Both the position numbers and the translations under genes were made by a program. A stretch of 64,000 nucleotides of DNA from Candidatus Marinacidobacterales bacterium (lineage in GTDB: Bacteria; Acidobacteriota; Vicinamibacteria; Marinacidobacterales; SMYC01): positions 4,960,001-5,024,000 of the forward strand of contig OZ250169.1 of assembly GCA_965237955.1 (NCBI GenBank). Direction: 5' to 3'. This document shows, in pieces, positions 37,690-51,118 of this stretch (position 1 is the first letter of the stretch; the number at the start of each line of letters is the position of its first letter). A model generated the notes under the pieces. The model saw nothing but the letters and a program-made list of their open reading frames with translations, was not told the origin of the DNA and ran no database searches.

Positions 37690-38712
37690 GTGGCTATGAA
37701 GAACGTTCAGAAACGAAAAACGAAGCTCAAGAAGCCGCCCATTCTCTTTTCGAAGACCCAGCGCATCGTGCGGGCGATCGCCGAAGAGACCGATGGGACG
37801 TTTCTCACCTACTGGAACTCCGCCGGCGGCAGCGTGTGCCACAACGATGTCATGGGTTTTTACGAAGTGCTGCAGCGCATCGGTCACCAGGACGACCTCC
37901 ATCTCTTCATCAAGTCGGACGGCGGTGATGGCACGGCATCGCTCCGCATCGTCAATTTGCTCCGGCGCTATGCCGAGCGGCTCGTCGCCCAGCTCCCGCT
38001 CGAGTGCGCGTCGGCGGCGACGATGGTGGCACTCGGCGCGGACGAGATTCAAATGGGACCGCTCGCGTTTCTCACCGCAGTCGACACCTCGATCACCCAC
38101 GACCTCTCACCTATGGATGTCCACAATCGACGCGTGAGCGTGAGCCAAGACGAGCTCAACCGTGTGGTGAAGCTGTGGCACGAGGAGTCCGAGGCGAAAG
38201 ACTCCGAGAATCCTTATTCGGATCTATTTCCCCACGTCCATCCGCTCGTCATCGGGGCGGTCGACCGCTCGAGCTCGCTCTCGGTAAAGCTCTGCAGCGA
38301 GATCCTCGGCTTCCATCTCGAGGACAAGTCGAAGGCGGAAGCGATCAGTATCCACCTCAACTCGGCGTATCCCGCGCACGACTACCCCATCATGCGACAA
38401 GAAGCGCAGCGAGTGGGGCTCAACGTGAGAGATCTGGACCCGCGGCTCAACCAGATGCTTCTCGATCTGCACGGTCTGTACTCGGAAATGGGACAGTCGG
38501 CGGTGACCGACTTCGACGAGCGGAACTATCACAACAACGAGATCCTCAACATCATCGAGAGCATCGGCATTCAGGTCTACTACCAAACCGACAAGGATTG
38601 GCACTACCGTACGGAAGAGAAGCGCTGGGTGCCGCTCAACGACGAAAGCTCATGGCGGAAGGTCGAAAGGATCGGGACGAAGACGGTGAGCTCCGTCATC
38701 CACATTCGCTAG
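37690..38712 (+). CDS. SDH-family Clp-fold serine protease
   Basis: LFIKSDGGD, CASAATMVALGADEIQMG, YPAHDYPI. Confidence 0.8.
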   Translation: MAMKNVQKRKTKLKKPPILFSKTQRIVRAIAEETDGTFLTYWNSAGGSVCHNDVMGFYEVLQRIGHQDDLHLFIKSDGGDGTASLRIVNLLRRYAERLVAQLPLECASAATMVALGADEIQMGPLAFLTAVDTSITHDLSPMDVHNRRVSVSQDELNRVVKLWHEESEAKDSENPYSDLFPHVHPLVIGAVDRSSSLSVKLCSEILGFHLEDKSKAEAISIHLNSAYPAHDYPIMRQEAQRVGLNVRDLDPRLNQMLLDLHGLYSEMGQSAVTDFDERNYHNNEILNIIESIGIQVYYQTDKDWHYRTEEKRWVPLNDESSWRKVERIGTKTVSSVIHIR

Positions 38713-38841
38713 TCCCCTGGATCTTTGATTACTATACAAAGTTAGGCTTTTCGCCAGCCCATAAGATTCATAAGATTCATGCACTTAGAAGGGTTTCGGC
38801 AAGCTCTGCTTTATCTAGTTTGTTCTGATACAGGGGACTAG
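38709..38841. mobile_element. MITE copy 2
   Basis: CTAG-TCCCCTG...CAGGGGA-CTAG inserted at the TAG stop of the upstream gene. Confidence 0.92.
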
Positions 38842-38849
38842 CCGGCGCT

Positions 38850-39101
38850 AGGCGAGCCCGAGCTTTCTGAGCGCTTCTTCGGGACATCCCGTCAATTGTC
38901 GAGGAGCGCTTCCCGCTCGGAGGCGTCGCAATGCGGGTGACGTCGACTTCATGGATGATGCGCCCGCCGGGAAGAGGATTCCGTAGTTTTCTTCTTTCGT
39001 CGGCTCCGGCTTCGGTGAGCACTTTCGCCGCCATCCCGCCGCCGGCACCCGAGCCTACAATCGCGACGTCGTACGTCTTCGGTGTGCGGATGAGTTGACA
39101 T
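38850..39101 (-). pseudogene. GMC oxidoreductase remnant with large internal deletions
   Basis: YDVAIVGSGAGGGMAAKVLTEAGAD joined within a few codons to PGGRIIHEV. Confidence 0.75.
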
Positions 39102-39266
39102 TATAAATGAGTCCCTCAAACGCGACGCGCCCGTTCACTGGGACTTCACCCAGGAAAAACTGAAGACGTAGAGCGCAGGCTCCCGTCATCCGAGGTTGCT
39201 TTTGTTGGGGATGCCGCGTACTCTCGTCCAATTCGAATCGACAACTGGAAGCGACACAAGTCGAGG

Positions 39267-40137
39267 ATGCTGCCGCGAAGGTCAAAAACGCGAATCGGTT
39301 TCGGGCTCCGATGTCTTTTTCTCGGGTTGTTGCTTCCCGGAACAGCGCTAGCGGACGCGTCTAGCATCTTTCCGGCGTTTGCGCCCATTCAGTTCGAACC
39401 GGACTTCCGCGGTGGCGCTCCTTCGAACCAAATCTCGGTGGAGTACGTGTTCTTGAGGGAGCTCGCCGAGGGCGGCATCAACATTCCCATCGGTTGGAAC
39501 GTCTCGTATGCTCGGAATCTCAATCGCTCGCTCGGAATCGTCGGCGAGGTCGGCACGAGCTACAAGAGCGAGGGGGGCATTTCCGTAGCCCTGTGGGATT
39601 TCATGGGAGGCGTGCCGGTTGTCGAGTCGTAACAATAGCGCGGTCACGCCTTACTTCGAGGCCCTGGGCGGCGTCGCGGTGCTCGGGGTGTCGGATGGCG
39701 TCACCATCGTTACGTTCACCGAGCCCTCTGTCCAATCCCAGCCCTACCGCTGCCGGAGATGCAGGAACTGCCCCCGCCACCGGCCCAAGTGGAGAAGCCT
39801 GCTCCGATCGAACCGCTGCCACCGCCGCCGAGACGGCAACTTCGAGCTCGCCGCCGTCGCGTTCACGGTGCATCTCCGGCAGGAAGACCAGAACCAGTTC
39901 ACCGCCGCGATCGGTCTCTTCTGCGATCGCAACAACGTCGCCGCGCACGTAGTCAACTCCGGCTACGCACCCGAGCTGTTCCTGCTCAGCGTTCCCCGGG
40001 TTGGTCAAAGCTGCTTCGGGATCTATTGGGGTCTCTTCGGTTCGCGCGCGGAAGCGCAACGCGGTATCGAGACCATGCCTTCCGGCATTCGCACTGCCGG
40101 ACCGGTGGTGATGCCGATATCGCGTGTCGTCCGCTAG
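39267..40137 (+). CDS. Exported protein: beta-strand-rich N-part, Pro-rich linker, SPOR-like C-domain (several frameshifts)
   Basis: Signal peptide (ALA), strands GWNVSY/TPYFEALGG, PPPPAQVEKPAP linker, C...C.GIYWGLFGSRAEAQRG. Confidence 0.5.
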
Positions 40138-41135
40138 AAGGTCAAGTCGAGCCGGGTGAGGCGCCCGTCGGGGCCGACGAGAAAGCCCGTGCCCGAGGGA
40201 GTGAACGCGAGGCTCCAATAACTGTCGGCCGAGATCGAGGCCCAGGTGCTGCCGTTGTCGATCGAGTAGCTCGCACCGCCCGGTCCCACGGCGACGAGCG
40301 TCAGCGTGCGCGCGCCGGGAACGTACGCGATCCCGTAAACCGCGCCGGGAAACGTCGGCCCGGCGACGAGCCACCAGCTTTCGCCGGCGTCCTCCGACAC
40401 CGCCACGGTGTCCTCGTAGTCGTCCGGAGTCGAGATATCGCCGCCGGCGGCGACGCCAGCGCCGCTTTCGAGAAACGCGACCGACGTCAGGCCTGACGTC
40501 TCGTTATCGTGGGGAACCGGCGTGCGGATCACGTCCCAGCTCTCGCCTCGATCCCTCGTGCGGAGGATGCGGGCTCCGTTTACTCCCATCGCGATGTACG
40601 CCGTCGATGAGCCGAGGACGGTGACGCACGTCCCGCTCGCGGCGAAGCCGCCTTCGCCCGCGAGCGCGGGCGGCAAGCGATCGGCGCTGATGCGCTCCCA
40701 CGTCGCACCGTCGGCCGTTTTGATGACGACGATCTCACCATCGACGGAATCACTGTAAGCGAGGCCGTTGTTCTCGTCCCAGAAATCCATGCAGTCGAAA
40801 AACGCTTCCGGGATCGGGTTCACGAACTGAACTGTCCAGCTCGCGCCACCATCGATGGTTTTGTAGATGCGTGATGCGTCCCCCGGGCCCGCGCTCAGGA
40901 GGTAAGCCGTGTCGGCGTCAACGGCATGAACGTCGCGAAACTGTCGCTCCTCGGCGCCGGCGACGACGCCGGCCGTCCACGTCGCGCCGCCATTGATCGA
41001 GCGGACGAACGTCCCCTCGAGCCCGCTCGCCCAGATCACGTCGTCGCCGGAGGCACTGATCGCCTGCAGGCGTGCCGTCGTTCCCGACGGCTGCTGCGTA
41101 AGCGCAAACGTTGCGGCGAGAACGAACGCGATCAT
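40134..41135 (-). CDS. YCF48/BNR-repeat beta-propeller protein
   Basis: Repeated S/T-x-D/N-G-G-x-T/S-W Asp boxes; EGGFAASG. Confidence 0.85.
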   Translation of the reverse strand: MIAFVLAATFALTQQPSGTTARLQAISASGDDVIWASGLEGTFVRSINGGATWTAGVVAGAEERQFRDVHAVDADTAYLLSAGPGDASRIYKTIDGGASWTVQFVNPIPEAFFDCMDFWDENNGLAYSDSVDGEIVVIKTADGATWERISADRLPPALAGEGGFAASGTCVTVLGSSTAYIAMGVNGARILRTRDRGESWDVIRTPVPHDNETSGLTSVAFLESGAGVAAGGDISTPDDYEDTVAVSEDAGESWWLVAGPTFPGAVYGIAYVPGARTLTLVAVGPGGASYSIDNGSTWASISADSYWSLAFTPSGTGFLVGPDGRLTRLDLTF

Positions 41136-42037
41136 GACGCCGGGGTCAGAACGATGTTGCGATAGAGAATGCGACCGTGATCTCCTTGGAGGTAGATCGG
41201 GCCGGGGTCGCCTTCGTTCGCATCGAGTGCCCCTCCGGTAATGCCGGGAATCTCCTGGTGGTCGATGATGGTCTCGCCGTTGAGCTCGACGGTGACACAG
41301 CGACCGAGAAGGGTGATGTCGAAGCTTTGCCACTCACCGGCGGGAAGCGCGGGGTTCGAGGTCGGTGTGACTTGCCCGTACACACCACCCATGTTGCGGT
41401 TATGGGGCTCCTTGCCATGATCGTCTTGAACTTGAATCTCGTGCCGGCCGCGCAGATAGATGCCGCTGTTGCTGTGTTCGGGAACGTTCACTTCGATATG
41501 GAGCTTGAAGTCATCGAAGGATTCTTTGGTCCTGAAGTTGGCCCCTGACTCTTCGTTCACGAGCACACCGTCTTCCGCTCTCCACTGATTCTCTCCGCCG
41601 GGAAGCAGGACCCAACCGGTCAAGTCCTCGCCATTAAAGAGCTCGATGGGTTCGCCCCAGGTCGGGTTGTCGGGCGCGGCGAGAACCGGCGCCCGTACCG
41701 CGGTCCATTCGAAGCTCGTCTCACCTCGGGAGCCGGTACCCTTCCAGGTGTCGCCGTCGAAAACGCCTTCGTAGCTCGTCTCGCCGACCGTCATCGAGAG
41801 TGTGTCACCAGACGCTTCTACACGTTCGAAAGCAAGCGCGTGGCCGCCTCGTGGTTGCAAGCGACCGCCGAGAGCTCCGCGATCGCCGGTGAGCTCGAAC
41901 CACAGTGGGTAGCTGTTCTCGCCGTGGACGGTGACGTCCCAGCGGCCGAACATCCCGCGATAGTCCCATGTGTCGTTGCTCGTGCTCGTGCACGACACGA
42001 ACGCGGCGATTGCGAAGACGAATGCGAATCTATGCAT
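41132..42037 (-). CDS. DUF1080 (3-keto-disaccharide hydrolase-like) lipoprotein
   Basis: LFNGEDLTGW, NSGIYLRG, GEWQSFDI, LQGDHG; lipobox FVSC. Confidence 0.9.
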   Translation of the reverse strand: MHRFAFVFAIAAFVSCTSTSNDTWDYRGMFGRWDVTVHGENSYPLWFELTGDRGALGGRLQPRGGHALAFERVEASGDTLSMTVGETSYEGVFDGDTWKGTGSRGETSFEWTAVRAPVLAAPDNPTWGEPIELFNGEDLTGWVLLPGGENQWRAEDGVLVNEESGANFRTKESFDDFKLHIEVNVPEHSNSGIYLRGRHEIQVQDDHGKEPHNRNMGGVYGQVTPTSNPALPAGEWQSFDITLLGRCVTVELNGETIIDHQEIPGITGGALDANEGDPGPIYLQGDHGRILYRNIVLTPAS

Positions 42038-42978
42038 CGAGCTCCTCCGTGAGCGCATCCCAGAAACTGCTCGGGATGTCCGTGGCCATCATGCCGACAT
42101 TTTCTCTGACTTCCGCCGCGGTGCGAGCCCCGGCCAGAACGCACGCCACCGCGCGGTGTCTCGAGGGAAACTGGAGCGCCGCGGCCTTCAGCCGTACATC
42201 GTGATCCGCGCAGAGCTTGTCGAGGCGTTTTTTTTCTCGATCATCGCGTGCGGCGCCGCCTCGTAGTTGTAGTGTTCGCCACCGGCGAGGATGCCGCTAT
42301 TGTACGGACCACCGAGGATGATGGAGATGCCGCGGTTCTCGCACTCGGGGAACAGCAGCTCCGAGGCGCTCTGGTCGAGGAGCGTGTATCGGCCTGCGAG
42401 CAGAAAGCAGTCCACGTCGACCCGGCGGGCGAACTCGTAGAGCATCTCCGATTGGTTCATCCCGGCCCCGATGGCGGTGACGAGTCCCTCTTCCCGCATG
42501 CGTATGAGCGTGGGGAACGCTTGCTCGATCGCTTTTTCGAAGTGGTCGTCGGGATCGTGCAGGAGCGCGATATCGATCCGGTCGAGGCCGAGCCGCTCGA
42601 GGCTGGATTCGAACGAGCGCCGGATGCCGTCCGGGCTCAAATCGAACACCGAGTTGTAATCCAGGGTGTCGCGGTACGCGTGATCCTCGATCGCACCGCC
42701 TTCTGCCGGAACCAGAACCCGCCCGACTTTCGTCGACAGGACGAAGTCGTCCCGTGGGTATTGCCGCAAGACGCTGCCGAGGCGTCCTTCGGATTTGCCG
42801 TGCCCGTAAAACGGCGCGGTGTCGTAGTAGCGGATGCCGGAGTCGTAAGCAGCCAGCACCGTGTCGGTGGCGGTGCCCTCGTCGACACCCGTGAAGAGTC
42901 CTCCGAGGGGAGCGCCGCCGAAGCCGAGTCGCGTGACGCGAAGTCCGGTGTGGCCGATCTCCGCTGTGTCGAAGGGAA

Positions 42979-42982
<4 letters not shown>
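42030..42982 (-). CDS. Aldo/keto reductase (sugar dehydrogenase type; frameshift in A-run near 42235)
   Basis: GFGGAPLG, DTAPFYG, STKVGR, LLHDPD, AGRYTLL; C-terminus AAALQFP in a shifted frame. Confidence 0.88.
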
Positions 42983-44238
<1,256 letters not shown>

Positions 44239-44249
44239 GGCCGAGATTC

Positions 44250-44501
44250 TACCACCTGGAACGAGAGCTCGTAGACTTCCTCGAGAGACGTCGTCGTGTA
44301 CGCGAAGTCGAGCGGCTCGATGGCGGCAAGACCCGCCGTCCACTCGGTCGGTATCGCGTCGTATCCGAACATGACGCCGAGAACGCCCGCAGCGGTTGCG
44401 GGGTTGCAATCCGAATCGGCGCCTGCACGGATGTTGTAGCGAGCCATTTGGTTCGAATGTTGATGGGCGCGACGCCAACGGATCCATCCGCGATGAGCCA
44501 C
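44250..44501 (-). pseudogene. ADP-ribosylglycohydrolase-like remnant
   Basis: HSNQMARYNIRAG fused directly to ADSDCNPATAAGVLG..GYDAIP..W. Confidence 0.6.
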
Positions 44502-44505
44502 CTGG

Positions 44506-45891
44506 TTATTTCGGATCTCCTTCGGTCAGTACGTAATCGAGAATCTGGTCGGAGTCGGTCCAACCGTGCTCGTCCTGGACCTCGCGACAGTGCTCCAGTA
44601 TAGCTCCGAAGCTCGTGCCTGGCTTCAAGCCGCGAGCGATGAGATGCCGGCCCAAGACGATGTCTTGGGGCGCTTCGTCCTGGATCTTGAGCTCTTCCAT
44701 TTGCTGGCGGAAGTGATCGCCGGCGGGGAAGCGGCGCGCGAGCGCGTCCTCGGTCGTTCGTCCCAGATGATCCGCTGTGGCCACGCGCAACAGAAGCTCC
44801 ATGCTCGTGCCGGCCGCTTCGAGCTCCCGGGCGAGCCGGCGATAGGCTTTTGGTTTGGCGCCGCCTCGGTAATAGAGCCCCGGCGCGAGGTGGTGTTTCA
44901 CGAGAGCGCCGACTTGTCGGACGAGGTTCGCGGGCGCTTTCAGCCGCCCGAGAAATCGTTCGGTCACGACAACACCTTCGATATCGTGAGTGTGCGAGCG
45001 AATACGCCCAGCGACTTCCTCCGTCGTGAGCGGCTTGCCGAGATCGTGACAGAGCGCACCGTACATGAGGGCTCGGTCATCATCGTCGCCCGTTCGCAAG
45101 CGAGCAGCTTCGTCGATCACCAGCATCGTGTGGACGAACACGTCGCCTTCGGGATGCCACTCGGCATCCTGAGGGACGTCGATCATCGATTCGATCTCGG
45201 GAAAAAAGCGGAGCAGAGCGGTCTCGTGAAGAAACTCGAACGCGATCGATGGGCGATGGGATTTCAGCAAAATCTTGTCGAGCTCGTCGAGGATGCGCTC
45301 GACCGATAGCTCAGACAAATCGAGCTCGGCGCAAAGACCTTTCAGCTCGCCATCGGGTGTCATCTCGAAACGCGCGGCAAATTGGGCGACGCGCAACCCG
45401 CGGAGCGGGTCTTCGGAGAAGTGCTCCGGATCGGTCGCGCGCAGGATCTGGTCGTTCAAATCTTTCTGGCCATCGAACGGATCGAGAAGCTCACCGCTCG
45501 AGATGTCGTAGCCGAGGCTATTGATGGTCACGTCGCGGCGGCGGGCGGCGTCCTCGAACGACATGTCGGGGTCATAGGTGACCTCGAAACCGGTGTGGCC
45601 GTCGGCGACTTTGCTATCGGTGCGGGGTAGGGAGAAGTCGACGTCGATACCTTTGACCCGCAAAACGCCGAAGGCACGTCCGGCGTGAGTGATGTCGCCG
45701 AAGCGCGCGAGAACCTCTTCGAGCGCTTCGAGCGTCAAGCCGAAGACTTCGATATCGACGTCTTTCGGTGGAATCGAAAGCAGGGAGTCGCGAACGTGGC
45801 CCCCGACGAGAAGCGCGCGCCCAGAGGCGTCATGAATCGCTGCGGCGATGCGCGCTAGCGGCTCTTCGAGGTCGATTTTCAAGTGCGCCAT
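44506..45891 (-). CDS. CCA tRNA nucleotidyltransferase with HD domain
   Basis: VGGHVRD, DVD, RRDVTINS, EDPLRGLR, HPEGDVFVHT, LCHDLGK. Confidence 0.92.
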   Translation of the reverse strand: MAHLKIDLEEPLARIAAAIHDASGRALLVGGHVRDSLLSIPPKDVDIEVFGLTLEALEEVLARFGDITHAGRAFGVLRVKGIDVDFSLPRTDSKVADGHTGFEVTYDPDMSFEDAARRRDVTINSLGYDISSGELLDPFDGQKDLNDQILRATDPEHFSEDPLRGLRVAQFAARFEMTPDGELKGLCAELDLSELSVERILDELDKILLKSHRPSIAFEFLHETALLRFFPEIESMIDVPQDAEWHPEGDVFVHTMLVIDEAARLRTGDDDDRALMYGALCHDLGKPLTTEEVAGRIRSHTHDIEGVVVTERFLGRLKAPANLVRQVGALVKHHLAPGLYYRGGAKPKAYRRLARELEAAGTSMELLLRVATADHLGRTTEDALARRFPAGDHFRQQMEELKIQDEAPQDIVLGRHLIARGLKPGTSFGAILEHCREVQDEHGWTDSDQILDYVLTEGDPK

Positions 45892-46322
45892 TCGACGGGA
45901 TCGCCCACGGAGATGGTCCCGTCGTCGAGCACCTCACCGAACGCTCCTCCGCGCCACGGGGCTTCCATGGCGGTCTTCAATCCGGGCTGCGCCTCTTCCA
46001 TGCGCTCACACGGTCGGCTCTCACCGTGGATGCGGATACGGACGTTACCGATTGCGAGCACTGGTCCTCGGATCTCACTCAAATCGACGCCGCTCACCAT
46101 GAGGTTCGCGCGCCGCGAGGCAGGTTCCTTGTCGCCACCGACCTCGTCCATGAGCTTCTCCCACATCTCTTTGGAAATAATGGTGACCTGGCGTTTGCCT
46201 CTCTGGTTGGCGTTGCCTTCGATGCCGCGGCCCTTGACCATGGTGGCCTCGGAGCTCGGGTCCATGGGGCCTCGTTTGAATCGTTTGATCCAGATGGCTT
46301 CCAGACGTCCCTGCTGAGTCAT
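45879..46322 (-). CDS. MOSC domain protein
   Basis: RQVT, RRANL, PCERM, RGG...ISVGD. Confidence 0.9.
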   Translation of the reverse strand: MTQQGRLEAIWIKRFKRGPMDPSSEATMVKGRGIEGNANQRGKRQVTIISKEMWEKLMDEVGGDKEPASRRANLMVSGVDLSEIRGPVLAIGNVRIRIHGESRPCERMEEAQPGLKTAMEAPWRGGAFGEVLDDGTISVGDPVEWRT

Positions 46323-46360
46323 GTGGGTATTCTAGACGAGATTTGGAGCATTCTCGGGGC

Positions 46361-46411
46361 ATGACGACGCCAAGACGCGAGTTCCTGAAGACGTTGGGGC
46401 GCTCGCCTTGA
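46361..46411 (+). pseudogene. Tat-signal gene stub
   Basis: MTTPRREFLKTLG, then a stop where it meets the opposing VWA stub. Confidence 0.5.
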
Positions 46412-46424
46412 TCGAGCCGGCGCT

Positions 46425-46635
46425 CCGCGAGCGCGCGAGCTCCATCCGCCGGTTCGTCATCGACTCCGAGCTATCGAGCACCGCTATGAGCTCGACAGGC
46501 GCCCTCTCTACGTCCGCGTGCGCCTCCAGAGACAGCGTTCCGTCACTCGCCGGTGATGAGCCTCCGCGGGGCTCGCGCCGGCAGCGAAAACGAGATAGCC
46601 CAAAGTGCCAGGGCCAACGAGGCAGCGTGTCGCAT
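46425..46635 (-). pseudogene. Secreted VWA-domain protein stub
   Basis: Signal peptide MRHAASLALALWA, then RAPVELIAVLDSSESM (MIDAS start); truncated. Confidence 0.6.
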
Positions 46636-46771
46636 TTGTAATCCCTCCTCGATCCCTTATAGCCGCGACCGAGTCGAAGGGTGCAAAACCGTCGTGAAAT
46701 ACTGACAGGAATAGTTTTACGTTCTATTTACAAAAGGACCAAAACCGCCCCTGTAGAATGGAAGAAGGCCC

Positions 46772-47449
46772 ATGCAAAGATACGCCAAACCCTCGGTACT
46801 GCTCGTGGAGGACGAGACGAGCATTCGGCGAGGGCTCGAGGACGTCTTCACGTACCACGGCTACGACGTCGTCGCGTTCCGAGACGGAGAGGGGGCTTTG
46901 GCGCACAGCGAGAGTCAAGCGTTCGACATCGCGATCCTAGACGTGATGCTGCCGGGGCTCGACGGGGTTCGAGCTTTGCGGGCGCCTTCGCGAGACCCGC
47001 TCATGCTGACCGCCAAAGGCTCGGAAGACGACATCGTCACCGGATTTCGCTCCGGTGCCGACGATTACGTGACCAAGCCGTTCTCGATCCGCGAGCTCTT
47101 GATGCGGGTCGAAGCGCTCTTGCGTCGCGTCGGCGCGGTGGACGCGACACCCGAGAAGATTCTCTTCGGACCGTGGACGGTCGAGCCCGCCTCGTTGCGC
47201 GCGAGTGCGAACGGCGATGTTCGGGAGCTCACCCCGCGCGAGCTCCAGCTCGTCGTGCTTTTCGTTCGCGAGAAAGGACGGGTGGTGAGTCGCCGCACAT
47301 TGCTCAAAGAAGTGTGGGGGATGTCGCACGCCGACGAGATCGAAACCAGGACCGTCGATATGCACATCGCGAAGCTGAGAAAGAAGCTCGATCCCGACGT
47401 GAAGCTCCTCACCACGATCCGCGGCGCCGGCTATCGTTTCGACGGCTGA
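46772..47449 (+). CDS. OmpR-family response regulator
   Basis: LLVEDE, LDVMLPGLDG, ADDYVTKPF, RTVDMHI; compensating indels near 46965-47000. Confidence 0.92.
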   Translation: MQRYAKPSVLLVEDETSIRRGLEDVFTYHGYDVVAFRDGEGALAHSESQAFDIAILDVMLPGLDGVRALRAPSRDPLMLTAKGSEDDIVTGFRSGADDYVTKPFSIRELLMRVEALLRRVGAVDATPEKILFGPWTVEPASLRASANGDVRELTPRELQLVVLFVREKGRVVSRRTLLKEVWGMSHADEIETRTVDMHIAKLRKKLDPDVKLLTTIRGAGYRFDG

Positions 47450-47450
47450 A

Positions 47451-49216
<1,766 letters not shown>

Positions 49217-49220
<4 letters not shown>

Positions 49221-49678
49221 ATCCAGCGCCGCACAGAAGCTTTGTACCTCAAATAGTCTTCGCCGAACGTTCGCTCCAAGTACGCTTCCTCTCGGGCGAT
49301 GACTTGCGTCGTCATGACGATCCCGACGGGGATCAGCATCGCAACGACCCACAGGTTGTTCGTCCACAAGCCGATCCCGAGCTGCAGCGCGCTGAGCGAG
49401 ACGTAGAGCGGGTTCCTGGTGAACCGATAGGGGCCGGTTTTGACGATCGCCGACGACGGCTCGTCCGGGCGTATGGTCGTTTTGTGCCGTCCCAATTCGC
49501 GGAAACCAAGAAAGGCGAGGGCGATTGAGGCCATGATGAAAGCAACGCCGAGGGGCATCGCTAGGTTTTCCGGCACGACACTCATCGGTCGCGCCCAGTT
49601 CAACCCCAGCCCGATCAGGATGGAAATCAAGAAAATGAACGGCGGTGGGACCTTGACGCCCGCGCTGTCCTGGCTCAT
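49217..49678 (-). CDS. Isoprenylcysteine carboxylmethyltransferase family protein
   Basis: GPYRFTRNPLY, REEAYLERTFGEDY, VRRWI. Confidence 0.9.
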
Positions 49679-49789
49679 GCTCCCGTTGTAGCTCATCGAC
49701 GTACTGAGTTCCAACAAAATAGGGGGATTTCTTTGTCACTGAAAGAGAAGCTCGACCGAACGCGCGCGCGTTTTCGTGAAACGGCTCCG

Positions 49790-49925
49790 TTCGAACGGCG
49801 CTCCATCGAGGGTGAGCGTTTCGCCAACCACGTTCGGGGACGCGCCGAATCGTCGCTGCCACAGGCCGTGCCCGAGGATGACCACGCGGTCGCTCCCGGG
49901 GTCGTTCTCCTCTTCGAGAAACCCG
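49790..49925 (-). pseudogene. ADOP/MacB-type ABC permease internal fragment
   Basis: GFLEEENDPGSDRVVILGHGLWQRRFGASPNVVGETLTLDGAPFE. Confidence 0.75.
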
Positions 49926-49973
49926 CCCCCGGCCAGGTCTCCGGAAAAGGTTGCCGAACGGTATATTGGAAGC

Positions 49974-51044
49974 GTGAAAATTGCGATCTTGCTGTCCGGA
50001 GGCGTGGACAGCTCCGTCGCGCTGAGCCGTTTGAAGGACGAAGGCCACGACGTGACCGCCTTCTATTTGAAGGTCTGGCTCGAGGACGAGCTTCAATATC
50101 TCGGGCATTGTCCTTGGGAGGAGGACCTCGAGCTCGCGCACGCCGTCTGTAAGGAGTTCGATGTCCCACTCGAGGTCCGCTCGCTTCAAAAGCCGTACTG
50201 GGACCGTGTGGTGCGCTACACCATCGACGAGCTCCAGGCCGGCCTGACGCCCAGCCCGGATATCTTCTGCAACCAGCGCATCAAGTTTGGCGCGTTCTTC
50301 GACGAGATCGACGCGAGCTTCGTGCGCGTCGCCTCGGGTCACTACGCTCGCCTCGAGCGCCGCGGCGGTGCTGTCCGACTGAAAAAGGGCGTCGATCCCG
50401 TCAAAGATCAGACGTACTTTCTCTCGCACCTGTTTCAGGACCAGCTCCAACGGGTCATGTTTCCCATTGGTCACCTGACCAAGAAGCAGGTGCGCGAACG
50501 CGCAAAGACGCTGGATCTACCGAACAAAGCGCGGCGAGACAGCCAGGGCATCTGTTTTCTCGGAAAGATCAAATACAGCGAGTTCGTCCGCCACCATCTC
50601 GGAGAGCGGCAAGGCGACATCGTGGAGCTCACGACCGGGGACGTACTGGGCAGCCACCAAGGCTACTGGTTTCATACCATCGGCCAGCGCCAAGGCCTCG
50701 GTTTATCGCACGGTCCCTGGTTCGTTCACAGCAAAGACATCGAGCGGAACGTCGTCTACGTGGCGCACGCCGACGATCTGCCGGACTCGTCGAGGGATGC
50801 GTACACTGTTGAAAAGCTCCATTGGACTTGTGGCCCGCCGCAGCGAGGCGACCTGCAAGTCAAGGTCCGCCACGGCTGCTCTCTCTTCAACGCCGACGTC
50901 GACGTTGTTTCCGACCGGCGCGCGTGTGTACGACTCGACCGCAAGGAGCCCGGCATCGCGCCGGGGCAGCTCACGGTGTTCTACGACGGTGACGTCTGCC
51001 TCGGCGGCGCCACGATCAGCGCGGACCCACCACCTGAAGGATGA
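49974..51044 (+). CDS. mnmA: tRNA 2-thiouridine(34) synthase
   Basis: SGGVDSS, TPSPDIFCN, SGHYAR, KDQTYFL, DSQGICF, HTIGQRQGL, APGQ. Confidence 0.95.
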   Translation: MKIAILLSGGVDSSVALSRLKDEGHDVTAFYLKVWLEDELQYLGHCPWEEDLELAHAVCKEFDVPLEVRSLQKPYWDRVVRYTIDELQAGLTPSPDIFCNQRIKFGAFFDEIDASFVRVASGHYARLERRGGAVRLKKGVDPVKDQTYFLSHLFQDQLQRVMFPIGHLTKKQVRERAKTLDLPNKARRDSQGICFLGKIKYSEFVRHHLGERQGDIVELTTGDVLGSHQGYWFHTIGQRQGLGLSHGPWFVHSKDIERNVVYVAHADDLPDSSRDAYTVEKLHWTCGPPQRGDLQVKVRHGCSLFNADVDVVSDRRACVRLDRKEPGIAPGQLTVFYDGDVCLGGATISADPPPEG

Positions 51045-51118
51045 GCCATCGACGGAGCCCAGACGGAGCCCCTGCAGGTTTTCGCTCCCACCCGATATGT
51101 TGACCGCCGTAAGTTCGG

